This document shows positions 28,270 to 40,100 of a DNA stretch of 47,795 nt, one piece after another. Position 1 is the first letter of the stretch. Each line of letters begins with the position of its first letter. The notes beneath the pieces are model-generated. The model did not search any database, was not told where the DNA came from, and was given only the letters and a program-made list of their open reading frames with translations. The translations under genes were made by a program, and so were the position numbers. The DNA is taken from positions 1-47,795 of the forward strand of contig JAFUAK010000159.1 of NCBI GenBank assembly GCA_017460765.1. The letters are read 5' to 3'. Origin of the DNA: Prevotella sp. (GTDB lineage Bacteria > Bacteroidota > Bacteroidia > Bacteroidales > Bacteroidaceae).

Positions 28270-29816
28270 TACTTAATCCATACTTTCTTTCCGGCCATGA
28301 TATAGAGCCCTTTCCTAGTGGGTCTGGTGTTGAGGCGGTGGCCGTCGAGGGTGTACCAGCCTGGATGGAGGGATGGCTGACGGTGAGGCGACTCTATCGC
28401 GGTCGTGCCGTTTCCGTCACCGAAACTCAGTACCGAACGTGTAGCAGCGGCTTCTTCGGAACTCAGGTCGAGGAACACCTTGCCCGTGCTCAGCGTACCT
28501 CCACTCACCATGACGAACTCACCACGGAAGAAGATATAGTCTTCGTAGGCTTTCGGCTGTGACGTGGGTGAACCGATGCGGAGGCGGTTGCTGTCGATCT
28601 CTTCGTCCGTCAATGCTGGAATCTCTTCACCTTTGGGCTGAATGACAAAACCAGAGGCATCGGCATCTGCCAACAGCAAGACGGGCATGCCCTGCGGCAG
28701 ATAGTCCAGTTCCTGGAGCAGGACCACGCCTGCCTGTAAATCTACACCCGTTACGAAATAGGCAGTCACACCCGTAGGCAGTGCCATATCAACAGGCGGA
28801 ACATAGGGGGCTGCAGCCTCTTCACCGTCATCACTGGTCTTCTCAAACTGAATGGGCGCAAAGGTCTCTGTGGGCTCCAGCGTCCAGACGGGCGTACCAA
28901 CGTAGATCTGCATCAGACCACGGTTGCCGTCAGCATCGGGCTCACCGTCGGGATACCCTGCTGCGGCATTCGCCTCTCCTGAAGATGACAGGAAGGGCTT
29001 GTCACCGGCCTTGGAGTTGAGCGTCGTACCTGCCGCGGCCTCGCTGGGCGTAATCAGGCCATTGGGATAGTCGCCGTCGAAGCGGAACCAAGTCTTGGTG
29101 ACATCTGCGGGACTTGCTTCCAGATGAACGGCCTTTTCGCCCTGCACATCGCTCCATACGACATACTGCTGGAGTCCCATGTTGAAGAGTTGATAGTAGG
29201 TCGTACCGTCAGCCTCCACCGGGGTTACCTGCCAGAGGGAATACGCTTCCCCGAAAGCATCATAGGCTACGCCCTTCGAGGGATAGTCCAGAGCCGGGGC
29301 AGAGATGTCGTTGAAGGTGGTCAGGTAAGGATGACCGTCGGCATCAGTCGTCACCGAGGGCCACAGATACCACGTCTCGTTGCCGCTGGCATGGGAGATG
29401 CGATAGATGCCACTCTCAATCGTCTGCTGTGTCTGTTGCCTGTGGAAGTTGGCCGTGTGCACCCAGGCACCGAAGCCGTCATCCACCGTGAAGGTATAGT
29501 CACGCGGTTGGGTCAGGTCGTCGGGGTCGTCGCCCTCAAGACCGAGCATCATGGCAATCTGCGGACTACGGGTACTGACACGTTCCGTTGGGAGAGTAGC
29601 AGCCACCATGACATCACTCTTGGCAATCTCATAGCCGTCATCAGGCGTCACGGTAATGGTGACCCTGACACTGCGATCTTCACCCGGATCTGACTGCGAC
29701 TTTTCTGACACGGTACCGCCCGTGAAGGTATCAATATCTACCCTCACCTGACTCCGTGCGCCCATGCTGATCATCATCAGCAGGGCCACGGCGTATATCC
29801 TTGTCAGTGTCTTCAT
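28269..29816 (-). CDS. T9SS cargo: Ig-like + putative beta-trefoil + Prevotella-type CTD
   Basis: Signal peptide; C-terminus WYTLDGHRLNTRPTRKGLYIMAGKKVWIK; ATG at 29816 in TGATAATG coupling. Confidence 0.82.
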   Translation of the reverse strand: MKTLTRIYAVALLMMISMGARSQVRVDIDTFTGGTVSEKSQSDPGEDRSVRVTITVTPDDGYEIAKSDVMVAATLPTERVSTRSPQIAMMLGLEGDDPDDLTQPRDYTFTVDDGFGAWVHTANFHRQQTQQTIESGIYRISHASGNETWYLWPSVTTDADGHPYLTTFNDISAPALDYPSKGVAYDAFGEAYSLWQVTPVEADGTTYYQLFNMGLQQYVVWSDVQGEKAVHLEASPADVTKTWFRFDGDYPNGLITPSEAAAGTTLNSKAGDKPFLSSSGEANAAAGYPDGEPDADGNRGLMQIYVGTPVWTLEPTETFAPIQFEKTSDDGEEAAAPYVPPVDMALPTGVTAYFVTGVDLQAGVVLLQELDYLPQGMPVLLLADADASGFVIQPKGEEIPALTDEEIDSNRLRIGSPTSQPKAYEDYIFFRGEFVMVSGGTLSTGKVFLDLSSEEAAATRSVLSFGDGNGTTAIESPHRQPSLHPGWYTLDGHRLNTRPTRKGLYIMAGKKVWIK

Positions 29817-29818
29817 TA

Positions 29819-31153
29819 TCACTTGATCACGACCTTCTTGCCATTATTGATATAGATGCCCTTGCGGGTGGGGATGGTGCTCAGGCGACGTCCGTCAAGG
29901 CTGTACCAGGCCGACTGTCCTCCGACGCTGACGATGCGCTGGCTGTCGATAGCCGTCGTACCGTCGCCATCAAGCGAGTAGAACGAACGGGTTCCATTCT
30001 GCGACTGCGGCTCCAGATAGACCAGACCTTCAGGAATCGTACCAGCCTGTGTGAAGTAGAACTTGTCGTTATAGAGCATATACACCTGTCCGATGGTTAC
30101 AGTCTTTCCACCCTCCGGAGCGACCTTCAGCAGGTTGCTGCCAGCCACCACGCCGTCAGTAGCCGCAGTGTAGAAAGCAGAAATCTCCTGATGTTCCGTG
30201 AACACCAGTACAGGCTCGCCTGCTGCAATTTCTGAAACACGGGTCAGCACCAGTGCAGAACCGTCAATGCCCGTAATCGTGTAGGCCTTCAGCACAGAGG
30301 GGACAACGATATCCTGCAAAGCCACGAACGTGTCGTACTGATGGTTGGCGGCAAACGTAAAGCCGCTGATCTCTACCTTATTCTCACTGTCAATGGCATA
30401 GCCACTCCAGGCGATCAAGTACTCGTTCAGCAGATTGGCAGGCACATCGATAGTCAGTCCTTCTTTTTGGGGAATGGCATTTTCTCCAAGCGTGAGCACT
30501 TTCTCACCATGATTGATCTTGATGCTGGTCAGGTTCGTACAACTCTGGAAGATGTTTGCCCCCAGACCTGTCACCCCGGCACCGACCACGACACTGGTTA
30601 TGTCGCTGACGTTCCAGGGTACAAGACCATCAAAATCCTTGGTCTTACCAGTGCCGTCGATGGACAGCACGCCTTCCGACAGCGTCCATGTAACACTCGA
30701 GTTCTCGTCGCCGCTGATGTCGTTGGCTGGCACGAGCAGTTGGAAGTCGGCCTTCTCTATCCAGATGTCAAGGCTGGGATCGATGGTCACCTGATACTCT
30801 CTGGAAGCAGAGAGCGATTCCGGATCACTGCCGACCAAAGTCAGGATGCCGCTGATCTCTGGTGAACGTGTACCGCTGGCAGGTGTCGAGGGGATAGGAT
30901 ACACGGCATAGACCGTGATATCATCCTTCGTGATCTTATAGCCATCATCAGGTGTCACGGTGAGGGTGACCACCACCATATTGGCATCTGATTCAGACTC
31001 GACCTGACCGGTCTTCGTAATGGTTCCGCCTGTCAACTCATCGACAATAAGGGAAACACTACGCACCTCAGGATCATCCTGAGCAAAAGTTACCAACGGG
31101 CTAAACATTGCCATCATGGCAAGCAGCCAAATTCTGTTCATTACTTTTTCCAT
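29819..31153 (-). CDS. T9SS cargo with BspA-type leucine-rich repeat
   Basis: TWTL..GVLSIDGTG..PW..ITSVVVGAGVTGLGANIFQSCTNLTSIKI; CTD WYSLDGRRLSTIPTRKGIYINNGKKVVIK. Confidence 0.82.
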   Translation of the reverse strand: MEKVMNRIWLLAMMAMFSPLVTFAQDDPEVRSVSLIVDELTGGTITKTGQVESESDANMVVVTLTVTPDDGYKITKDDITVYAVYPIPSTPASGTRSPEISGILTLVGSDPESLSASREYQVTIDPSLDIWIEKADFQLLVPANDISGDENSSVTWTLSEGVLSIDGTGKTKDFDGLVPWNVSDITSVVVGAGVTGLGANIFQSCTNLTSIKINHGEKVLTLGENAIPQKEGLTIDVPANLLNEYLIAWSGYAIDSENKVEISGFTFAANHQYDTFVALQDIVVPSVLKAYTITGIDGSALVLTRVSEIAAGEPVLVFTEHQEISAFYTAATDGVVAGSNLLKVAPEGGKTVTIGQVYMLYNDKFYFTQAGTIPEGLVYLEPQSQNGTRSFYSLDGDGTTAIDSQRIVSVGGQSAWYSLDGRRLSTIPTRKGIYINNGKKVVIK

Positions 31154-31183
31154 ATTGCTTCAATTTTTAATTATTTTCTATTT

Positions 31184-34100
31184 TTATCTTACGATTACTT
31201 TCTTCACATAGCGGCCTTCGTCGCCCTCGACGATGTAGACACCGGCAGTCTCCACACGCGTCTCGACATATTCCGTCGGCTGGATGGTGAAGGTCTTCAG
31301 CGTGATACCGGCAGGTGTCACGATGCGCACGTCAGCCGTGTAGCGCAACTGCGACTCTACCGCAATCTTCTTCTTACCACCCTTCACAATCAGGTCCTCA
31401 CCTACTCCCAGGTCACGGATGGCAGTGGCATTGCCCAGTGACGGTATCTCACCACTGAATATGATGCGCTGAGTCTTATCAGGCTGTCGGGTGACATCTT
31501 TGCCTCGCGTACCTCCTGACGCATCGGCCGGATTCACGAAGTATGGACGGAAGGCAGAGATCGCTCCAGTAGCCACCGTCTCCGTCTTGTCGAAACTGTC
31601 CCCATCGGTATCGAGCAGATAGGCAGTCTTACCTGCGCCTATCTCAGGATCATTGAGGTAGTTGGCACGGAAGGTATAGCCGTCTTGAGTCGTTCCGTTC
31701 TCATTGTCGCTAATTCCTATCTGTACGCCCTCTTTCGAGACAAACGAGATGGTCTGCCTTCCCTTGCTGAGGATAACACCACTGTTAATGCGATTCTCCG
31801 GTGTCCAGTTTCCACTGAGGTCGAACTCATAGTAGGTCTCGCCAGGGAATCCAATCAGGTAAGGTGTTGCCGCGTGTGCCAATGGATAGCCGTCATATTG
31901 ACGAGGACTGTTATAATAAGTCTTCTGGTACTCATCCACGTTCTTATCCCAATAGGAATCTTTGCTATAATAATAATCCCAGAGGAAGGTGTTGCCATCT
32001 GTTTTATCCCTGGTTTCCGTAGCACTTGGATATGTGAACTTGGCAGCCAACTCTCCAGCAGGAACCGTTGCGTTAGCATCGATACCATTATACTCACGGA
32101 GCCAATACTCATGGCCAGTAGTACTACCCCTATAGAAGTGGGTGATTTCTCCCTTGTCCTGAGTAGTAACCAATTCAGAGGTAAACGGCAGGCTCACGAT
32201 ATCCCATCCTTTCTCCTGGTTCACAAACCGGTCGGGCGTGCGCTGGTACCACATGCGCTGACCGCTACCCATCGTATAGGCAATCGGACAGTTGAAGTCC
32301 TGCTTATCCACGAGCAGATGATCACGCGAGGTGGTGAAGGCACCCTCGGTCTTCTCCACCAGATGGCCCTTGATACCGTTAGTCGGTGCAATGGCTACAG
32401 TGTGATAGGCTGTACTGGTCTCGCTGAACGTCGGGTCGGCCAGGTAATTGCTCACCACGGTATTGGTCGTTGTCATAGCCGTCGTTTCTGTACCACTGTA
32501 TACGAGCAGGTTCTGCGTCAGGTCGATATTACGGAAGCCCGTCAGGCCATCGTCGTCGAGCAGCGGCGGGTAGAAGCCTTTCAGCGAACTGCCCGTACCA
32601 CCAACGCTACTGTTTCCGAGTTGGTAGTCACCGTCGTTAAAGCCCGTAAAGTCGATGGCCGTCATGCCCTTATAGGCAAGGGTCTGATCATCGTCCTTCT
32701 TGGTCGCGGAGAAGATGGCGTTCGGATTGAAGTGGGCCACACTCATCTCCTTGCTGCGGAAGTAGGCCGGTGCACGATAGACGCGGTTGCTGTTGTCACC
32801 CGTCTGCAGGCGGTTGCCCGAACGGTTGATGGTCGTCGGATTGTCCTGATGAGCCGACAGTTCATCGTGGCCGTAGGTCAGCCTCTGCCCGAAGAAAATG
32901 TAGTCGTCGGGCCAGATGGGCAGGTAGCGATCAACATTCTTGGTCGTTGTCTTATCGCCCTCAATGACAGTGACAGTCTGTTTCCAGTAGCGCTCATCCT
33001 GCGACTCTGGGATAGTACCTCCCGCATAGCGGTAGTCGCCATCGTCGAAGCGTTCCTCTACATACATGATATTCCTATAGCCGGAAGAGCACAGTGCTGC
33101 ATTGTCGGCATAGTAGCCATTCTGCACTTCCGACTGTCCTTCATTATCCATCTTCAGAGCGCTGCCATCCCTCTTATAGTATTGGTATGCCAGCCCACTA
33201 GTGGTCTTCTGGTCGCTGTAGCGCTTATAGAGATAGAAGTTGTTCAGGTCGTAGGCCACCTCGCCGTTATAGAATGCCTTGTCGGGCATCGGTGTGGCCG
33301 TGCCGCGGGCGTGCGTTCCAGTATTATACAGCACCTTGTTGCTTTCCGGATAGTAGCAGTTCACCACCTGATAGTCGGAACTTGCCGATGGGTCGCCTAA
33401 TACGGGATAAGGCCTGGTGACTTCTGACGTACTCTCTGCACTGCTCTTCACCCAACAACTCTCCACATAGCCGTCTCCACTGTTAGCCACGCCAGCCTCG
33501 GTGAAGGAACCCATCACGCCGAGGTTATACACACTGCCGCACAACTTGTCGAACAGTGAGTGGTCAAGACCGGTGATGGTATAGCCATCGCCGTGGAATG
33601 TACCCGAGAAGCACGTCGTTCCGCCGATGGACTCCCATGTGCCGCTATGGCCGATGTCGGCACGCAGGATAAAGTCAAGGTGGTTCAAGCCACTGACATG
33701 ACTATTGAGCGTACCATCCAGACTCCTGTCATACATGTCCTTCAGCAGGTCGAGACCATTCTTGGAGATGCTGCTGTAGTCATTAATATAGATCTTGCTG
33801 TCGCGTTTCACGGAGGGGTTATCGACATAGTAGTGATGGCCAGCACTCATCACGGCTGCCAGGTCGTGGTAGTTGGCCACGCTCAAGGGCACATGGTTCG
33901 AGTAGGTCTTGCCAAGATAGGTCTTGGCATAGTAAGCCACGTAATAACCGTTCTGATACCAGTAGAGCGGATCGGAGGATGGCAAGTAGTCGATGCCGTT
34001 GGTGTGGCTCTCCGCATCTTCAATGGTCTCGAAGATTTCCCATCCACCGCCGGTGACCTCATAGGCACCGGGCGTCACGTCAGGCTCGCGCAGCGACACG

Positions 34101-37100
34101 TTGTCACCCGGCAGGATAACCTGGGGCACCTTGATATCCTCAACGAAAGGCACACCGCTCTTGAACTTGAGGTGGATGTTCACTACATGACGCTCACTCT
34201 GGGGCGTGATGTTACCATAGGTGTCACTTTCCTCATAGTCATACTGATAGATCACGGTGATGATCTTCTCGGTCGAGAGGTTGAAGATGTCCGATTCGCG
34301 AGACACATACAGGGTAGACACCTCTGTCGGCGCGATGCCGTGGATGGTGAAGTCCGTCTGTGCGTTGACAAGTCCCTTGTAGGTAGTGGCATCAATGACG
34401 AGACCGATAGGAACATTTTTATTGCCATTACTACTGTAAGATCCTGTCACAGTGGCACCTGTAACCACCATGCCTGTCACGGCTGTTCCTCCAGTACTGT
34501 TACTGATCTCGTAGGGCTCGCGACAATAGTAGAAAGGTCTGACAGCACCTTCTTCTTTGTTCGCTTCAATCTGTTCTTGCGTGAAGGTGAGTGTAGTGAC
34601 GCACTCTCTCTCTGACGTGCCAAGCGTGTTATAGGTGGACGAGGGGATGGTGGCACCTATGGCATACGGAGTATTGCCGACCTGGAAGGAAGTTTTCACC
34701 ACATAGTAGTCTCCAGGAGTATTTACGACGATGCCCGAGTAATGGCGCTTCTCATTGGGCAGTTGTTCGAACTCTGTACGTGTGTACTCGCGACCATTTG
34801 CCAGTGTAATACCATTGTAAGTGTCGGTCTTGCTACCAGTATAGGTAGCCGTGTAATCCACAGGTTTCTCAAGGGAGTAGCCAGTTCGGTTAGCCTCGGC
34901 AGCAGCCTCTGTGGCAGCAGAGGAGTCATACTGATACTTCTGTCCTGCCGTGCCGCCGTATGTCGGGTCGATGAGCAGGTCGAAGGCATCATAGTTGAAC
35001 GTGAATTGATTACGGTCATCTTTCGACATGGAACTGAACACCTCGAGTCCTCGGTAGTTCCTATCGCCTTCATAGTAGTTTCCACCGTATTTTCCCTCCT
35101 TCGTGCAGTAGTATGCAGGCACAATGTAGGCCTTCATCTCCTCGCGCAGTGCCAGCAGTGAAGCCAGTGACTTCGTTTGCTCATTCGACAGCGACGGCGG
35201 CTCAGAAAGCCGATCCAGATCGCTCAACTTGGTAAGGCCGTCGATCTGCTCATCCGTCAGAGTCGGCAGGATAGTCTTGATGTCATTAGTGACACGGGTG
35301 ACATAGCCGTTCCTCTCGATCTCCGACATCTTGCTGTTCAGGTAGATGAACTCGGTGGCACTGAGTTGGATCGTGCTGATACACACGTAGGCAGGTGTGG
35401 TCTTCGACGAAAGGCTATGATTCGTCCTGTAAGACTCCGACACAATGGCATCCTCATTCAGATGGCGAGTGCTGGTAGTACCATTGACAGTTTCAGTGAT
35501 ACTCACGGCCTCAGTGATCATATAGGCCGGTTCGAACTCGGCCTGTCCAGTAGCGGGTATGGCCGCAGCGTGATTTGTCTTTGCTGCCTGATAGGTATCA
35601 TACACCTCCTTCGAGATGATATTGCTCTCATCATAGTCACGCTGTCCGAGCAGACCGCCGGTTCCACTGAGATGGAAGGTAGGACCGCTGTTGTAGTCGT
35701 CGGCGGCAGACTGCTGCTTGGCTGCAGTGGCACTTGCGTATTGCGTGTACCACGTATTCCACTCCGTGGGGTTGTTCACTTTATAAGTGAGCATATAGCC
35801 CGTATCGTGGCTGAGGTTATTGCTGGGACGGAACACGTAGTCGAAAGCCACGTCTTTCTCCTTGGTCGTGTCATAGACGGAGGGCACGCTGGCATCGGTG
35901 TCATCGTCTTCAATATCCTTCGTGGGAGCATTGTCCCTCAGTGTATTGTATTCATCAGGCAGCATCACGTAGCCCTCTGGGTACTCCGTCTCACCGATCT
36001 TACAGTCGGCGATGGTGACGTATGTCTTCGGCACGAACAGGGCCTTCTCCGAAGCACTAAGCAGATAGTAGTCCCAATAACTGATGGGGTCGTTGAGGTG
36101 ATACTCCACATCGTTGATGATGACCTTATTCTCTGTTTTCAGTTTCACGCCGGGCGATGAGTAGTAGGCATACCAGTTTGGCTGCACGTTGAGCAGTTTC
36201 ATCTTGCCATGGGATGCAGCCGTAATGGTGAGCGGTATCTCTACGGTTTCACTGTAGGCGTTGGGCGCTCCCGTGTAGGCCGAGATCTCCTGGTCATACA
36301 CATAGATATCGCCCTTGACATACCAGTAGTGGGCGGGCACCCCGTCGGGGGCCTTATAGTTAGTCTTATACTTACCGCTGATGTTATAGCAGTCGTCGAT
36401 AATGGTCTGCGTACTATGCACGAAGTTTCCCGATGTCTGCCACTCTTCCTTGTCCGGATCGTCCGTATCATAACTGAAGTTGCGGTTCGTCACGGCTCCC
36501 GTATTCAATTTCGTCAGCGTGACATGCGACAGATTGAGATCGGTGCGGTTGCCATGCTCGTTCCTGGCATACACGAAGCCACCGCCGATACCAGTCTGTA
36601 CATTGATCAGGTCGAGTTCGATGACACCCGTGATCAGTCCCCAATCCTTCTCATAGAGATCGTTGCCAGTACTTTCCTCAGAGGTCAGTTCGAGATAGAC
36701 ACCCGAGGCCAGTGCCACCTGGTTATGACTGCTTCCGTTATTACGCCTGCGGTCTTCCTTGTATTGCTTCTTCCAGTCCGCATAGGTTGCATCGCCGTAT
36801 GCTTTGCCATTGGCCGGTGTCTTGTATTTAGTGGCATCACTAGCATCAGTCGTTCGCACAGTTTCATTGAAATCTACGTCACTGGTCAGCGCACCGAGAT
36901 AGTTCACGATATTGTAGATACCGAAATAGTTGCCGTGATAGGCTTCACCGGTTCCTGCATCCCCAGATATGACAGACTCTTTCTTGTTCAGTGATACTTC
37001 GCGCACACGGTTGATGGTGTAGTTGGTAAAGTCGGCAGCCTCCGGCACACGGTCGCGTGCGCCCTGCATCACCATGCGGCTTCCGAACACGCCGCAGAAG

Positions 37101-40100
37101 TCTGCACGCTGGATAGTGTTCATAGGTCGGCCGGCATAGCGCGAGCAGACACCGTTCTCCTCCCAATAAGCCTCCTGCGGCTTACCACTGGCATCTACCA
37201 TCGGCTGGTCGTTATCGCCATTGATGCCCTCGAAGAGTGTTATCAGGTCGTCGGCACTGATGGTCGAGGCCTGGGGATGGGCATTGCTCTTGGCATAATA
37301 GGCTGTTCCGTCTTTGTCGGTACAATCCTTGATGCACTTGTATCTCAGTTCGTAGTAGGCTGCTTCACGCTCAGGCAGTTCATGATAGGCATCAATGTCT
37401 ATCTCCTTGCTGATGGTATAGTAGTCTGTCCCGTAGTTGGTGATGTTCAGACCACGGTAGCCGTCTACGAAGGTCAGGTTGCCGTCGCCGTAGAGTCCAC
37501 CGACGTGTCCTGTGCCAACCGTGATGAGGTCGCGGTGATAGACATCGTGGATGGAGGCCGTGGCGTTGCCAAAGATGGAAGTGGCATTGGCATAGACCTT
37601 CGATGAACCCGAGGAGGTATTACCACCGGCAAAGACGGCATTGCGGATGATGATGCCGTCATCATACAAGTTTGCCCATTCAGGGGCATTCTTGTTGCCT
37701 AAGGTATTAAGATAGGCCGTCGGCACATATTCGCCCACATCATAAGTTGTTCCGTCAAAAGTGACCGCCGTAGTCTTCACCTTGCACCACGGTTCTACGA
37801 GCACCTTGCAGTCCTCGGTGAGGATTTTCTCCCCGTCAACTTCCAGGTATTCGCCGTTCTCATATTCATAATAGTAGCCTTCGTCACCGTCGTCATAACG
37901 CTTTCCTAAAAACGTTCCACGGCACAATACACCATCCGCATTCTCGTAGGCACTGTAGACATAGCCGATGTCTCCGCCGCCGAAGACGTTACCGTTACCC
38001 TTGGCCAACTCCTCGTCGGTACCCACTACGCCGCCATAGATATTCACCTCGGTCTGTCCGAATACGTAGCCGTCGGTATAGAGTGTACCACCGTCACCAA
38101 GGTTATTATAGCCGCGGCCACCGCCGAACACATTGCGATGCACGTAACCGTCATAGAGTTTCACGGTGGTATGTCCTGCCTTGTGGATAACAGGATCTGA
38201 ACGAACGGAATTATCCTCTCCACTGACGTCGACAATGCCACGTCCGATAGCGGCAATCTCACCGCCGCCGAAGAGAGCGTTGCGCACATGACCGTCATAC
38301 ATGGTCACGTTAGAAACATCCACGTAACTGTTGTCGATATAACCGCCGCCAAACATACAACCACTATCGTTAAGACGATCCGTTCCATCGCCATCCCACG
38401 TCTCGTCGTGCAGTTTCTCCTGATAGTATCCGCCGCCATCGGCAATGCCTGCAGGGACGATATCAGGTTTTGCCAGCACATTTTTCTCCCTATTGGCAAA
38501 GGTGAGATAATCTGCGGCCGCATCTTCCTCACTATCGAAATAACGGTAGCCAATATAGCCCTTGTTCAGCGTGATGTTGGCCGTGCCGAACACGGGACCG
38601 CCCTCACCACCGCCGTAGGCATTACGCTCAATGGCGGGGATACCGTTGGTAAACAACGTGCCATCGGGATCGCCTATGATGACGTTCGCCTCGCCATCGC
38701 TATCGTCATCTTTAGATTCATCAATCAGATATTTTAAATACCTCTCTTCCTTACCTTTACTATTGATGCGAGAGCCCGTCGTATAGGTGTGTTTACCCAC
38801 GGCTCCCTGCCATCCACCGCCATAGACGTTTCGGCAGGTACCGCCCTTGATATAGGCATTAGAACTGGCGATGAAACCATCGACAGCCTCGGTGTCACCC
38901 GTGGGGGTGAATCCGGCCGAGGAAACACCGTAATAGTCAAGCACGGCACCTGTAGTGCCGGCGGCATAGATGTCCTTATTGACCGTGCCGCCCAAAAGGT
39001 CGATATAGGTGGCACCCAGCACGTCACCCGATGTCGGAATGTCGACATCGCCGAGACCGCCACCATAGGCATAGCCCTCCACCAGAGCCCCCTCATTGAT
39101 GTGGACATTGGTGTTGTACTTCTTGTTGGTGCCATACTTGTCGGCCAACGCCGTAGTAGTCACTAAATAGTTGTCAAGGCCATTCTCCTTATAGTCATAC
39201 ATGAAGAGATCGAGATCATTTTCGGTTTCCTGCCACTTGAGAAGTGAAGACTGGTTGATGACCCTACCGTTCTGACCACCACCATATACCTCATAGACAC
39301 GGGCTCCGGGATTCAGGTTCACCTCGGTATATTGAGCCCAGGAATCCTCACCATAGCCGGCACCATAGACTGTGGCCAGATAGCCTTTCTCCTTGTCTTG
39401 CCATACCGGCTTGCAGACATTCACCTGCGCATAGAGGGTACGGTCGGCCTTGTTGTTGCCACCGTAGATATTGCCCTTCACGGTGGCATTCTCACTGTCG
39501 TATTTCACGTGCGACTCATAGACATCACACGGATAGAGCGGGTCGTTGCCGTAGGCTCCGCCGAAAAGACTCTGCACAGTGATGGTGGAAACACTCGGTA
39601 CATTGACCACCGTACGGCGCGTCAGACCCTCGTTGTAACTGCCACCATAGACATTGGCGATGGTGCCACGGAACAGGTCGATAACGGAGGAGTACTCCTG
39701 ATCGACAGTATTCTTATAGTTGTCGAGATCTTCAGCCGTTGTCGGCGGAACATTAGCAGCCATACCCAGTCCGCACTGGGCACCGGAACCGAAGACCTCC
39801 AAACCGGCAAACCGAGTATCGTCACTTGGGATGTCAATAAGCACGTAACTGCGATCCTGCATCTTGTCGGCCTGAATTTTGTCGTTGACACCTTTCTCAT
39901 GCCCCTGTCCGGCTCCAAAGACACGTGCGACGGAATTGCTCGTGTGAGATTCTGGGCGGAAATTCACGAAGGCATTGTGCAGACGCGGTTTCCTAAAGCC
40001 AGCCTTGTCGCTGCCGTCTTGGTTGGTGAATTTACTGAAATAAGGATCGGTATAGTCGTAGTCACCATAGCAGCCACCAAAGATGTTTTCTACGTGTCCC

